From assembly GCA_020860205.1 (NCBI GenBank), contig JAJBUU010000024.1, positions 18,646 to 82,645 on the forward strand: a stretch of DNA of 64,000 nt. The letters run 5' to 3'. Each line of letters begins with the position of its first letter. Position 1 is the first letter of the stretch. Below the pieces are notes generated by a model. That model saw nothing but the letters and a program-made list of their open reading frames with translations. It did no database searches and was not told the DNA's origin. Source of the DNA: Oscillospiraceae bacterium (GTDB taxonomy: Bacteria; Bacillota; Clostridia; Oscillospirales; Oscillospiraceae). Of this stretch, positions 53,690 through 63,053 are shown one piece after another. Made by a program: the position numbers and the translations under genes.

Positions 53690-55026
53690 TCCTCGTGCCG
53701 CCGTTCTACGGAAACATACGTCGTGTAATCCGCCAGCCACATCAGGTTCACCGTGCCGGTGCGCCCCTTGCGGTTCTTGAGTACGATGGCCTCCGCATCG
53801 TTGGGGTTTTCGCACTCGCGGTTATAGTACCCTTCGCGGTAAAGACCGATCACCACGTCCGCGTCCTGCTCGATCGCGCCGGATTCGCGCAGGTCGGAGA
53901 GAACCGGGCGCTTGTCCTGCCGCGTTTCGCTGGCGCGGGAGAGCTGACTGAGGCAGAGCACAGGAACGGCCAGCTCCTTTGCCATGATTTTCAGCATACG
54001 GGACATATCTGCAACGATCTGCTGGCGGTTCTCCCCGCTGCTCTGACGCCCGCCGGCGGACTGCATCAGCTGCAAATAATCCACCACCACAAGCCCCAAG
54101 TCCCGCACACGGCGGCACTGGGCGTTCATATCCGCGACGGAGAGCGAGGGGTTGTCGTCAATGAGCAGCCGGGTGCTGCTGATTTTTCCCGCGGCGGAGA
54201 CCAGACGGCTCCATTCCCCGGCACTGAGCGACCCGCGCATCAGCTTCTGGGAATCCACCAGCGCCTCGCCGGAGAGCAGCCGTATGGCAAGCTGCTCGCG
54301 GGACATTTCCAGCGAAAAATAGGCCACAGCCTTGTTGCTGGAGCGCGCCGCGCTCATCGCGATATTCATGGCGATGGAGGTCTTTCCCATGCCGGGGCGG
54401 GACGCGACTAAAATCAGCTCGCCGGGATTCATGCCAAGGATCTGGCTGTCCAAATCCGGCAGCCCGGTGGAAATGCCGGGGATGCGCGCGCCCTCCTCCG
54501 CAATGCGGTTCAGGTCGTCATAAACGGCCTGTATCGCCTCGCCGACGGGCTTCAGCCCGCCGATGGAACGGTCACGCCGGAGGGCATAGATGCTCCGCTC
54601 TGCGGCCTCCAGCATCTCGTCCGCGCCGCCCAGTCCGGCGTTCACCATTTCGGTGATCTCTCCCGCGACCTTGCCAAGATCGCGCTGCAGCGCCTTGTCC
54701 CGCAAAATCGCGGCGTATTCCCCGACGTTGGCCGCCGTTGGCGTCACCTTCATCAGCTCCAGAATATAATCTCTGGTGCTCTCCTCGTGGTAAACGCCGT
54801 GTTCCTTCATCTGTTCAATGACCGTGACCGGGTCGATGGTCAGGCCATAATTGAACATGGTGAAGATCGTTTCAAAAATTTCGCGGTTGACCCGCTGGTA
54901 GAAATGCTCCGCGCGCACGTCCTTCAGTACGTCCGGAACGCATTCCGGGTCGATCAGCATGGAGCCGATCACCGCCTGTTCCGCCTGAGGGCTTTGCGGA
55001 ACGCGCGCGCCCAGCAGTTCTTCCAT
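53686..55026 (-). CDS. dnaB: Replicative DNA helicase
   Basis: Start at MEELLGARVPQSPQAEQAVIGSML (RBS GAGGAG). Walker A RPGMGKTS. Confidence 0.95.
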   Translation of the reverse strand: MEELLGARVPQSPQAEQAVIGSMLIDPECVPDVLKDVRAEHFYQRVNREIFETIFTMFNYGLTIDPVTVIEQMKEHGVYHEESTRDYILELMKVTPTAANVGEYAAILRDKALQRDLGKVAGEITEMVNAGLGGADEMLEAAERSIYALRRDRSIGGLKPVGEAIQAVYDDLNRIAEEGARIPGISTGLPDLDSQILGMNPGELILVASRPGMGKTSIAMNIAMSAARSSNKAVAYFSLEMSREQLAIRLLSGEALVDSQKLMRGSLSAGEWSRLVSAAGKISSTRLLIDDNPSLSVADMNAQCRRVRDLGLVVVDYLQLMQSAGGRQSSGENRQQIVADMSRMLKIMAKELAVPVLCLSQLSRASETRQDKRPVLSDLRESGAIEQDADVVIGLYREGYYNRECENPNDAEAIVLKNRKGRTGTVNLMWLADYTTYVSVERRHEE

Positions 55027-55031
55027 CGGCT

Positions 55032-55481
55032 TTATTTCTCCTCTACTACCAGCACATGGACGGTCCCACTGACCTCGTAGCCAAATTTGCACTTGACCTC
55101 AAAGCTGCCGAAGCCCTTGATTGGTTCCGGCAGGACCAGCTTCTGACGGTCAATCTCAATGCCGTGCTGCTTTTGCAGCGCCTCGCTGATCTCGCGCGTG
55201 GTGACGGAGCCGAACAGCTTTCCGGCGGAACCGGCCTTCGCGCTGATTTTTACGACGATCTGTTCCAGCCGCGCAGCGTTCTCCTCTGCCTTCGCCTTCT
55301 CCGCCGCAAGCTGGGCGGCTCTGGCCTTTTCCTTCAGGCGCAGCGTGTTCAGATTGTCGGCGTTGGCCTCCACTGCCAGTTTGCGGGGCAGCAGGTAGTT
55401 CCTGCCGTAGCCCTCGGCGACCTCTTTCAGCTCGCCTTTCTTGCCCTGACCCTTTACGTCGGCGGTAAAAATAACCTTCAT
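55032..55481 (-). CDS. rplI: 50S ribosomal protein L9
   Basis: [32 protein letters not shown]. Confidence 0.95.
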   Translation of the reverse strand: MKVIFTADVKGQGKKGELKEVAEGYGRNYLLPRKLAVEANADNLNTLRLKEKARAAQLAAEKAKAEENAARLEQIVVKISAKAGSAGKLFGSVTTREISEALQKQHGIEIDRQKLVLPEPIKGFGSFEVKCKFGYEVSGTVHVLVVEEK

Positions 55482-55615
55482 GTTTTTCCTCCTGTTTCTG
55501 AAACGGCAAAGCGGAGCCCTGCGTTTCCGGTACGGTACCCGATTATGATAAATGTAGTATCAGCATGATGTGAACAGATGATCGCATTGCGCCGTGTGTC
55601 CCGGCGGAGAGCGTG

Positions 55616-57634
55616 TCAGCTCATATATTCGTCTACCGCCGCGCAGACGGTGTTCACGGCGTCGCGCAGGGTGATCCTTTCCACCTGCGCACCCGCGACG
55701 GATTTGTTGCCGCCGCCGCCCAGCTTTTCCAGCACAAGCTGCACGTTCAGCTCACCGATGCTGCGCGCGGAAATCACAACGCCGCCCGCTCGTGTGGCAA
55801 CCAGCACAAAGGACGCCTCCACGCCGGAGATATTCAGCAGCTCATCTGCGGCCTGCGCGCCGACCACGCGCTCAACCTCCGTTTCGCTGACGGCGACCGC
55901 CACGCCGGGACGATAGATTTTTGCACTCTGGAGCAGGGCGTATTTTTTCACCGTATGCGCCATGTCGTTTTGCAGCAGGCGCTTTACCTCCTCCGTGTCC
56001 GCACCCATGCGGCGCAGGAACGCTGCGGCGTCAAACGTGCGCTCTCCGGTGCGGATGGTGAAGTTTTTCGTATCCAGCACGATGCCGGAGAGCAGCGCCT
56101 CCGCCTCTGTGTGCGTGATGTCGCCGGGGTCTATCAGCTCCTGCAGCAGCTCGGCCAGCAGCTCGCAGGTAGAGGATGCGTAAGGCTCGTGGAATGTGAG
56201 TACCGCGTTCTGGATATAGCTTGCGGCGCGGCGGTGGTGATCTACCACGGCGATGTGGGTGCAGCTTTCCAGCAGCGGACGGCTTTCCACCTGTTCCGGA
56301 CGGTTGGTGTCCACCACGATCAGCAGCGTGCGGCTGTCTGCGCAGAGCATGGCGTCCTCCGGCGTGATGAACACATCCTGATACTCGGCGGTGTCCTTCA
56401 GCAGACCGATCAGCCGTCCGGCGGCGGTGCTGCTCTCGTCGGCGACAATGTGCGCCTTCCGCCCCAGACGGCGGCAAATGCAAATCATTCCGGCTGCCGC
56501 GCCGATCGCGTCCATATCGCTGTAACGGTGCCCCATCACCAGCACCTGACTGCTCAGACGGATCAGCTCCGCCAGCTCGTTGGCCGCCACGCGGCTGCGC
56601 ACCTTGCTGCGCGTCTCCACCTCGCTGCCGCGTCCGCCAAAGAACTCAAAGCTGCGGCGGTTCTTGATGACCGCCTGGTCGCCGCCGCGGGAGAGCGCTG
56701 TTTCCACCGAGAGGTTGGCGAAGGAGAAATTCTCCTCAAAGCCGTCGCCCTCCAGCCCGACGCCGATGCTCAGCGTCGCGTGGATACCGGCGGGGCTGAC
56801 GATTTCGTGGATCTGCTCCAGAATGTCGAACTTGGTGTCGCTCATCTCCCTGAGATAGCGGTTTTCAAAAATAAAGAAATAGCGGTCGCGGTCGTACATA
56901 TGGACAAAACCGTGCTTCCCGTCGCACCATTGGGTGATTTTGTCCTCCACGCGGCTGCGCAGCTCCGTTTTGCTGCGGTCCGGCAGGTTTTTCATCAGCT
57001 CGTCGTAATTATCCACGACCAGGATCATCGTCACCGGACGGGAATTTTCATATTCCTGCCGGATATCGTCATAATCCGTCACATCCACCCAATAGGTGAT
57101 GCCCATAAAGCCGCTGCCGACCTTGTTTTCCGCGTGCTCTGCTTCGGCTGTGTGTTCGCTGCGGGAGCTGACGATGTTGCCATGCACCTGATAGCGCCGT
57201 CCGCCCAGCTCCACCAGCCCCGGATGCTGGTTTTTGCCCTCCAGCAGCCATTTTGCGCTGAATTCCGGCACCAGCTCTCCCATCCGCTGCTCAAAGGTGG
57301 GGCGCTGCGCGCCGAACAGGCCGAAAAATATCTGATTGCCCCATATGATTTGTCCATCGCTCATCCGGAATACGACGATGGGCAGCGGAAAATGCGTCAG
57401 CGTATTATTCTTGGCGGATTCCGCGTCATATGTCACGCCTTCGATGTATTCCAGCAACTCCCGCTGGCGGTGGCGCGCGTCGATGAAATAGTAGGCCACG
57501 AGCAGTACGATGATGCCGCCCTCCACGATGGCCAGCGTCTGGTTGAAAAACAGCGTCACCGCAGCAAAGGCCAGCATGACCAGCAGATACAGCCGTGTGC
57601 CGGGCACGATTATTTTTTGCAGTTTTTTATTCAT
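55616..57634 (-). CDS. gdpP: GdpP/YybT-type DHH/DHHA1 phosphodiesterase (c-di-AMP phosphodiesterase)
   Basis: Start at MNKKLQKIIVPG. Two TM helices, PAS-like and degenerate GGDEF region, DHH motifs (GHRYSDMDAIGAA, VVDHHRR), DHHA1 GGGGN. Confidence 0.85.
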   Translation of the reverse strand: MNKKLQKIIVPGTRLYLLVMLAFAAVTLFFNQTLAIVEGGIIVLLVAYYFIDARHRQRELLEYIEGVTYDAESAKNNTLTHFPLPIVVFRMSDGQIIWGNQIFFGLFGAQRPTFEQRMGELVPEFSAKWLLEGKNQHPGLVELGGRRYQVHGNIVSSRSEHTAEAEHAENKVGSGFMGITYWVDVTDYDDIRQEYENSRPVTMILVVDNYDELMKNLPDRSKTELRSRVEDKITQWCDGKHGFVHMYDRDRYFFIFENRYLREMSDTKFDILEQIHEIVSPAGIHATLSIGVGLEGDGFEENFSFANLSVETALSRGGDQAVIKNRRSFEFFGGRGSEVETRSKVRSRVAANELAELIRLSSQVLVMGHRYSDMDAIGAAAGMICICRRLGRKAHIVADESSTAAGRLIGLLKDTAEYQDVFITPEDAMLCADSRTLLIVVDTNRPEQVESRPLLESCTHIAVVDHHRRAASYIQNAVLTFHEPYASSTCELLAELLQELIDPGDITHTEAEALLSGIVLDTKNFTIRTGERTFDAAAFLRRMGADTEEVKRLLQNDMAHTVKKYALLQSAKIYRPGVAVAVSETEVERVVGAQAADELLNISGVEASFVLVATRAGGVVISARSIGELNVQLVLEKLGGGGNKSVAGAQVERITLRDAVNTVCAAVDEYMS

Positions 57635-57807
57635 GTCCTCCCCGACACCCCCATCGTTGCACGGATGCGGCGCGCGCAGCCGCAGCTTCAAAGACAGTTA
57701 ATCATAATACCACAAAAGATGCAAGAAGGAAATACCAAAAATGGAAGAAATTTTTCTTTCTCTGCGTGTCCTCCCTGCGTTTTGCGGCGCAAACCGGACG
57801 CGGCAAG

Positions 57808-57837
57808 GTATCAAATCCGCCCTGCAGGGAAATACTA
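57808..57837 (+). promoter_or_regulatory. Candidate forespore (sigma-F/G-type) promoter of sigG
   Basis: GTATC (57808-57812), 18 nt spacer, AATACTA (57831-57837), embedded in GGGAAATACTA. Resembles the B. subtilis GnATR-N18-CATnnTA pattern. Match judged by eye. Confidence 0.35.
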
Positions 57838-57860
57838 CCGACGAAAGAGAGGTAGGTTCC

Positions 57861-58637
57861 ATGCAGGGAAAGGTGGAGATCAGCTGCGTCAACACGGCCA
57901 AACTGCCGCTGCTGAGCAGCCAGGAAACGGAAACGCTGCTGCGTCAGGCCAGAGACGGCGACCACGCTGCGCGGGAGCGGCTGATTCACGGAAATCTGCG
58001 TCTGGTACTCTCCGTCATCCAGCGCTTTCTGGGACGCGGAGAAAACGCGGACGACCTGTTTCAGGTCGGCTGCATCGGACTGATGAAGGCCATCGACAAT
58101 TTTGACCCCGCGCACGCGGTCAAATTTTCCACCTATGGCGTGCCGATGATCGCCGGGGAAATCCGACGCTACCTGCGCGACAACAGCGCCATGCGCATTT
58201 CCCGCGGGATGCGCGACGTTGCTTACCGGGCGCTGCAAACGCGGGAAAAGCTGACGGCGGAACGGGGACGGGAGCCGGACGTGGACGAGATCGCCGCCGC
58301 GCTGGGCGTTCCCCGCAGCGAGGTGGTTTTTGCCATGGACGCGATCTGCGAGCCGGTCAGCCTTTATGAGCCGGTCTATACCGAAAGCGGCGAGAACGTG
58401 ACCATGATGGATCAGGTGGGCGATACAAAAAATACGGACGAGCATTGGCTGATCCGTCTGGCGCTCTCCGAAGCGCTGGACGCGCTCTCCGAACGCGAAA
58501 AGCGCATCCTTTCCCTGCGCTTTCTGGACGGCCGGACGCAAATGGAGGTCGCCGGGGAGATCGGCATCTCGCAGGCGCAGGTCTCCCGTCTGGAAAAAGG
58601 CGCGGTGGAACGCATCAAAAAACAAATCACGAGCTGA
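57861..58637 (+). CDS. sigG: Sporulation sigma factor SigG
   Basis: Start at MQGKVEISCVNTAKLPLL. Near-colinear with B. subtilis SigG (GNLRLVLSVIQRF, DLFQVGCIGLMKAIDNFD, KFSTYGVPMIAGEIRRYLRDN, GISQAQVSRLEK). Confidence 0.9.
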   Translation: MQGKVEISCVNTAKLPLLSSQETETLLRQARDGDHAARERLIHGNLRLVLSVIQRFLGRGENADDLFQVGCIGLMKAIDNFDPAHAVKFSTYGVPMIAGEIRRYLRDNSAMRISRGMRDVAYRALQTREKLTAERGREPDVDEIAAALGVPRSEVVFAMDAICEPVSLYEPVYTESGENVTMMDQVGDTKNTDEHWLIRLALSEALDALSEREKRILSLRFLDGRTQMEVAGEIGISQAQVSRLEKGAVERIKKQITS

Positions 58638-58710
58638 ACGGGCGCGGAAGGGGAAACGCGTCGCATTTTTCCCCTTCCGCGCGCATACGCTTTTTGCAGA
58701 GGTGAACGCC

Positions 58711-58983
58711 ATGCGTTTTTCGGAGCTTCGCTGCAAGGAGATCATCAACATCAGCAACGGCCACCGTCTGGGCTATGTCTGCGACGCGGAAATCGAGTTC
58801 CCGGAGGGGCGGCTGAAAGCGCTTATCGTGCCGGGCCCGTGCCGCTTTTTTGGCCTGTTTGGGCGGGAGCCGGATTTTTTGATCCCGCTGGACTGTGTCA
58901 CCCGCACTGGCGAGGACATCATTCTGGTGGAAATACAGGGCAGCTATGGCCGCAGCAAGCGGAAACGGAAAAATTATTTCTGA
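58711..58983 (+). CDS. ylmC: YlmC/YmxH-family sporulation protein (PRC-barrel)
   Basis: MRFSELRCKEIINISNGHRLGYVCDAEI..ALIVPG. ATG preferred over the upstream GTG. Confidence 0.8.
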   Translation: MRFSELRCKEIINISNGHRLGYVCDAEIEFPEGRLKALIVPGPCRFFGLFGREPDFLIPLDCVTRTGEDIILVEIQGSYGRSKRKRKNYF

Positions 58984-59022
58984 CCGCCGCAAAAAAAGCC
59001 CCGTTTTCCGAAAAAATTTTGC

Positions 59023-59051
59023 TTGCAATCGGAGGCGGATTTTGGTATAAT
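59023..59051 (+). promoter_or_regulatory. Sigma-A promoter for rpsB-tsf
   Basis: TTGCAA (59023-59028), 17 nt spacer, TG-extended TATAAT (59046-59051). Confidence 0.65.
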
Positions 59052-59159
59052 ACTTCGGCATTACGCATGGGAGCGGATCTGCCGTCGGTGACACAGGCTG
59101 TCTGGCGGCGGAGCGGAAGCTCCCAGAGGTAAAAACTGAATTTGGAGGAAAAAATCGTA

Positions 59160-59903
59160 ATGGCAGTCGTTTCTATGAAACAGCTTCTGGAGGCCGGCGT
59201 ACACTTTGGCCACCAGACCCGCCGCTGGAACCCCAAGATGGCGGAGTACATCTACACGGAGCGGAACGGGATCTATATCATCGACCTGCAAAAGACCGTG
59301 AAAAAGCTGGAGGAGGCTTATAACTTCGTCCGCACCCTGGCCGAGAACGGACAGTCCGTCCTGTTTGTCGGCACCAAGAAGCAGGCGCAGGACTCCGTCC
59401 GCGAGGAAGCCACCCGCGTCGGACAGTTTTATATCAACGCCCGCTGGCTGGGCGGTATGCTGACCAACTTCAAGACGATGCGCACCCGCGTGGATCGTAT
59501 GGCGCAGCTCAGGAAGATGCAGGAGGACGGCACCTTTGATATGCTGCCGAAGAAAGAGGTCGTCAAGCTGATGCACGAGATGGAGAAGCTGGACAAGTAT
59601 CTCGGCGGCGTGAAGGAGATGAAGAAGCTCCCCGGCGCGCTGTTCGTTGTCGATCCCCGCAAGGAGCATAACGCCATTTCCGAGGCGCGCAAGCTGAATA
59701 TCCCCATCATCGCCATTGTGGACACCAACTGCGACCCGGACGAGGTGGACTATGTCATCCCCGGCAACGACGACGCGATCCGCGCCATCCGCCTGATTTC
59801 CGCAACGATGGCAAACGCCATCCAGGAAGGCCGTCAGGGCGAGGACGCGGCAGAGGAAGCGGCGGAGGACGCTGAGGACGCCGCTGTGTCCGCCGCGGAA
59901 TAA
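59160..59903 (+). CDS. rpsB: 30S ribosomal protein S2
   Basis: [27 protein letters not shown]. Acidic C-terminal tail. Confidence 0.95.
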   Translation: MAVVSMKQLLEAGVHFGHQTRRWNPKMAEYIYTERNGIYIIDLQKTVKKLEEAYNFVRTLAENGQSVLFVGTKKQAQDSVREEATRVGQFYINARWLGGMLTNFKTMRTRVDRMAQLRKMQEDGTFDMLPKKEVVKLMHEMEKLDKYLGGVKEMKKLPGALFVVDPRKEHNAISEARKLNIPIIAIVDTNCDPDEVDYVIPGNDDAIRAIRLISATMANAIQEGRQGEDAAEEAAEDAEDAAVSAAE

Positions 59904-59918
59904 AGGAGGAGAACTGTC

Positions 59919-60842
59919 ATGGCATTTACCGCACAGGATGTAAAAACACTCCGCGAAATGACCAACGTTGGCATGATGGACTGCAAGAAGGCCCTCGTGG
60001 AAACGGACGGCGATATGGATAAGGCAGTCGAATGGCTGCGTGAAAAGGGGCTGGCAAAGGCCGCAAAAAAGGCCGGTCGCATTGCGGCTGAGGGCATGGC
60101 TTACGCCGCCGTGGAAAACGGGGTTGGCGCCGTTGTGGAGGTCAACTGCGAGACGGACTTCTGCGCAGGCAGCGCACCGTTCGTCGCCTTTGTCAAGGAC
60201 ATTGCAACGGCCGTTATCGAAAATAATCCCGCCGATGTGGACGCGCTGCTTGCCAGCAAGTATCCCGGCTCTGACCTGACCGTGGCGGAGATTCTGCCGG
60301 AGAAGGTCATGTCTATCGGAGAAAATCTGCAGATCCGCCGCTTCGCCCGCTTTGCGGAGAACACCAGCGTCGCCTATGTGCACGCGGGCGGCAAAATCGG
60401 TGTTCTGGTCAATCTGGCCGTGGAGGGCGGCATCGACGCCACTGAAATCGGCAAGGACGTCGCCATGCAGATCGCGGCGCTGAATCCCCGCTTCTGGGAC
60501 AAGTCCCAGGTGACGGAGGACGTGCTGGAGGAAGAGAAAAAGATCGCCCTTGCGCTGATGGAGCAGGACCCCAAGATGGCCGGAAAACCCGCCGCCGTCA
60601 AGGAAAAAATCGTCGTTGGCAAGATGAACAAGTTCTACGAGGAAAACTGCCTGCTGCAGCAGGAGTTCGTCAAGGACGGTTCCATGACTGTGGAGACCTA
60701 CATCGCCCGCGCTGCAAAGGCGCTCGGCGGCTCTGTCCGTTTTGTGGACGCCGTTCGCTACATGAAGGGCGAGGGCATTGAGAAAAAAGAGGAGAACTTT
60801 GCTGAGGAAGTCGCTGCCCAGATGAACATGGGCAAGAAATAA
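59919..60842 (+). CDS. tsf: Elongation factor Ts
   Basis: VKTLREMTNVGMMDCKKAL UBA-like N-terminus, 307 aa. Confidence 0.95.
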   Translation: MAFTAQDVKTLREMTNVGMMDCKKALVETDGDMDKAVEWLREKGLAKAAKKAGRIAAEGMAYAAVENGVGAVVEVNCETDFCAGSAPFVAFVKDIATAVIENNPADVDALLASKYPGSDLTVAEILPEKVMSIGENLQIRRFARFAENTSVAYVHAGGKIGVLVNLAVEGGIDATEIGKDVAMQIAALNPRFWDKSQVTEDVLEEEKKIALALMEQDPKMAGKPAAVKEKIVVGKMNKFYEENCLLQQEFVKDGSMTVETYIARAAKALGGSVRFVDAVRYMKGEGIEKKEENFAEEVAAQMNMGKK

Positions 60843-60898
60843 GCGAAACCGGTCATTGCCTCTCCCGCGCGGAACGTATGTTCTGCAAAATCCATTTG

Positions 60899-60932
60899 AA
60901 AAAGCAGCCATTTTTTCAAATGGCTGCTTTTT
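60899..60932 (+). terminator. Intrinsic terminator after tsf
   Basis: aaaaagcagccattt-tttc-aaatggctgcttttt. Confidence 0.75.
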
Positions 60933-61055
60933 ATTGTTTATGCCATCACGAATCCCGCACTCCGATAAAACGGAGCGGGGTGACAGAGTTTCCTGTGGCG
61001 ACGCCGCTCCCGGCAAATGATGCGGCGCCGTACAAATGATTCGAGGAGAAAACCC

Positions 61056-61748
61056 ATGTCAACTACAATTCCACAGTGTCGGATGTCCGCCGCAGAGGTT
61101 CTCAAGCGTGGAACGGTCATGATCGTTGGTATGTTTGCACTTGGGTTTGGCATTGCGCTCTGTGTACAGGCCGACTTGGGCATCTCGCCCATTTCCACCA
61201 TCGCTTATACCATGCACCAGATCGTGCCGTCCGTTTCGCTCGGCATCTCTGTATTTTTGCAAAACACCATGTTTTTTGTGCTGACCCTTGTGCTGCTGCG
61301 CCGCGATTTCCGGCTCTATCAGTGGCTCCTGCTCCCGTTTTCCCTGGTATTCGGGCTGATCGTGGATCTCAGCGAATACCTGCTGCGCAACCTGAATCCT
61401 TCCGCTTATGGGGTGCGCATCCTGCTTGTGCTGATCAGCTGCGTCGTCATTGGCTTTGGCTTCAGCCTGATCGTCACCTCCGGCGTATCTATGGACACCA
61501 ATACCGCTTTTGTGAACGCCGCAGTGCTGCGTACCGGCAAGCCTTATCACCGCCTGAAGCTGCTTACGGACGTTGCGCTCGTCGTCCTGGCCTCCTGTAT
61601 CGGGCTGATTTTCCTGCATCGCGTGGCGGGTGTGCGTGAAGGCACCGTGATTTCCGCGCTGCTCATTGGCCCAATCGCCGGTTTCTTTAACAGACGCTTC
61701 CGCTGGATGGAACGCCTGTTCCTTCCGCGCGGGGAAACGGGGACATAA
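61056..61748 (+). CDS. YczE/DUF6198-like polytopic membrane protein
   Basis: Start at MSTTIPQ (RBS GAGGAG). GMFALGFGIALCVQADLGISPIST pattern as in the YczE/YitT-related family. Confidence 0.6.
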   Translation: MSTTIPQCRMSAAEVLKRGTVMIVGMFALGFGIALCVQADLGISPISTIAYTMHQIVPSVSLGISVFLQNTMFFVLTLVLLRRDFRLYQWLLLPFSLVFGLIVDLSEYLLRNLNPSAYGVRILLVLISCVVIGFGFSLIVTSGVSMDTNTAFVNAAVLRTGKPYHRLKLLTDVALVVLASCIGLIFLHRVAGVREGTVISALLIGPIAGFFNRRFRWMERLFLPRGETGT

Positions 61749-61809
61749 GGCGCGGTTCCACTGTTATGCACGCGCCGTCAAGCGCGCTGTGCTTTGATTA
61801 TTGCGATAG

Positions 61810-61859
61810 AAAGCACGACAGGGTTCGCTCCCGCAGGAGCGGACCCTGTCGTGCTTTTC
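61810..61859 (+). terminator. Intrinsic terminator (15-bp stem)
   Basis: aaagcacgacagggt...accctgtcgtgcttt, then TC. The loop holds tcgctcccgcaggagcgg, the same ctcccgcaggagcg core as the 1394/46773 repeats. Confidence 0.7.
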
Positions 61860-61896
61860 ACAACTGTTGTTGTACAGGAAAATATGAATTTTCCGC

Positions 61897-61925
61897 TTGA
61901 CAGGAGAAGGGGAAGCGTGTATACT
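61897..61925 (+). promoter_or_regulatory. Sigma-A promoter for the arsR-HMA(-cadA) operon
   Basis: TTGACA (61897-61902), 17 nt spacer, TATACT (61920-61925). Followed by the inverted repeat TCAAATAAA (61927-61935) / TTTATTTGA (61958-61966), a possible operator. Confidence 0.55.
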
Positions 61926-61999
61926 GTCAAATAAAGGAGCATTTATATTTTTATCTGTTTATTTGAAGGAGGGCGATTTACATCGACAACGAGGAAACC

Positions 62000-62350
62000 G
62001 TGGTGGAGCTTTGCACCGTACAGCACCGCCATGAGGCGGCGGTCAGCGAAATTCTGGGCAGTATGCCGGACGAGCCGGAGCTTTCGGAGATGGCAGAGCT
62101 GTTCAAGACCTTCGGAGATTCCACCCGCATCCGTATCCTTTACATTTTGTCCCACAGTGAACTATGCGTCTGTGACATCGCCGCAGTGCTGAAGCTGAGC
62201 CAGCCGGCCATCAGCTATCAGCTCAAGGCGCTCAAGCAGGCGCGGCTTGTCAAAAGCCGCCGGGACGGAAAAACGGTCTATTATTCCCTTGCGGACGACC
62301 ATGTTGGAATCATCATCGGCATGGCAAAAGAACATTTGGAGGAGAGGTAA
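62000..62350 (+). CDS. ArsR/SmtB-family metalloregulator (CadC-like)
   Basis: GTG start. ELFKTFGDSTRIRILYIL..ELCVCDIAAVL..SQPAISYQLKALK wHTH with the alpha3 CVC metal site. Confidence 0.85.
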   Translation: MVELCTVQHRHEAAVSEILGSMPDEPELSEMAELFKTFGDSTRIRILYILSHSELCVCDIAAVLKLSQPAISYQLKALKQARLVKSRRDGKTVYYSLADDHVGIIIGMAKEHLEER

Positions 62351-62357
62351 GCATCCC

Positions 62358-62576
62358 ATGAAAAAGACTTATAAGATCGAAGTGGACTGCGCGAACTGCG
62401 CAAATCTGATGGAGGCTGAAACAAAAAAAATTTCCGGCGTGGCAAATGCAGTCGTCAACTTCATGACGCAGAAAATGACTGTGGAATTTGCGGATGGAGA
62501 GGACGAAAAGGCCGTGATGAAAAGCGTACGAAAAGCCTGCAAACGGGTGGAGCCGGACTGCGAAATAGAGCTTTGA
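62358..62576 (+). CDS. Stand-alone heavy-metal-associated (HMA) domain protein
   Basis: 72 aa. MKKTYKIEVDCANCANLME...VNFMTQKMTVEF, with a CxxC in a ferredoxin-like fold resembling the N-terminal domain of CadA-type ATPases. Confidence 0.85.
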   Translation: MKKTYKIEVDCANCANLMEAETKKISGVANAVVNFMTQKMTVEFADGEDEKAVMKSVRKACKRVEPDCEIEL

Positions 62577-62634
62577 TACGCACCGCCGCCCCGGACGTCA
62601 TGCAAACGGAAGGGGCGCGCGTTTTACGCAAATA

Positions 62635-62652
62635 TATAAATCATGATTTATA
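62635..62652. promoter_or_regulatory. 18-bp perfect palindrome (candidate operator or cassette boundary)
   Basis: TATAAATCATGATTTATA, 23 nt upstream of the AT-rich ORF start. Function unknown. Confidence 0.3.
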
Positions 62653-62674
62653 TTTGAAGAAGGAGAGTAGAGTT

Positions 62675-63019
62675 GTGAATAAAGTTTTAGATACAATAAA
62701 TAACCAAAAGAACAACCATCAAAAACAAAAGATTACAAAAAGAAAAGAAAAAATAGAAGCAGAATCTGAAATAATACGAAAAAGGAAAGAAAATATACTA
62801 AAAAAGCAGGAAGATATGCAAGCAGAAAGGATGAGATTGCTTGCGCTTGATGATAAAGAGTTACTGGTTGAATTGATTTTTTCAATAAGAGGAATGTATG
62901 CACAGATTAAGGAATTGGAAACTCAACAACAACTTTTGGATGAAAGACTGGAAAAAATGGAATTTGATATTGCTTTGTTAGAAGATGAGATTGCCACACT
63001 GAATCAAAAAAATAATTGA
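62675..63019 (+). CDS. Orphan AT-rich coiled-coil protein (114 aa), function unknown
   Basis: GTG start after AAGGAGAG. VNKVLDTINNQKNNHQKQKITKRKEKIEAESEIIRKRKEN...LLDERLEKMEFDIALLEDEIATLNQKNN has a basic N-terminus and heptad-like C-terminus. Composition is about a quarter to a third G+C against GC-rich flanks. Confidence 0.5.
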   Translation: MNKVLDTINNQKNNHQKQKITKRKEKIEAESEIIRKRKENILKKQEDMQAERMRLLALDDKELLVELIFSIRGMYAQIKELETQQQLLDERLEKMEFDIALLEDEIATLNQKNN

Positions 63020-63053
63020 ATTATAATGTTCTGCCAGTAAGGAGCTGTTTTGC

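Noticed and set aside
62573-62674. Track start of the AT-rich ORF at 62573, which would overlap the HMA gene stop.
   Set aside because: The first 34 codons lie in GC-rich flank and the palindrome. The GTG at 62675, preceded by AAGGAGAG, coincides with the compositional switch.
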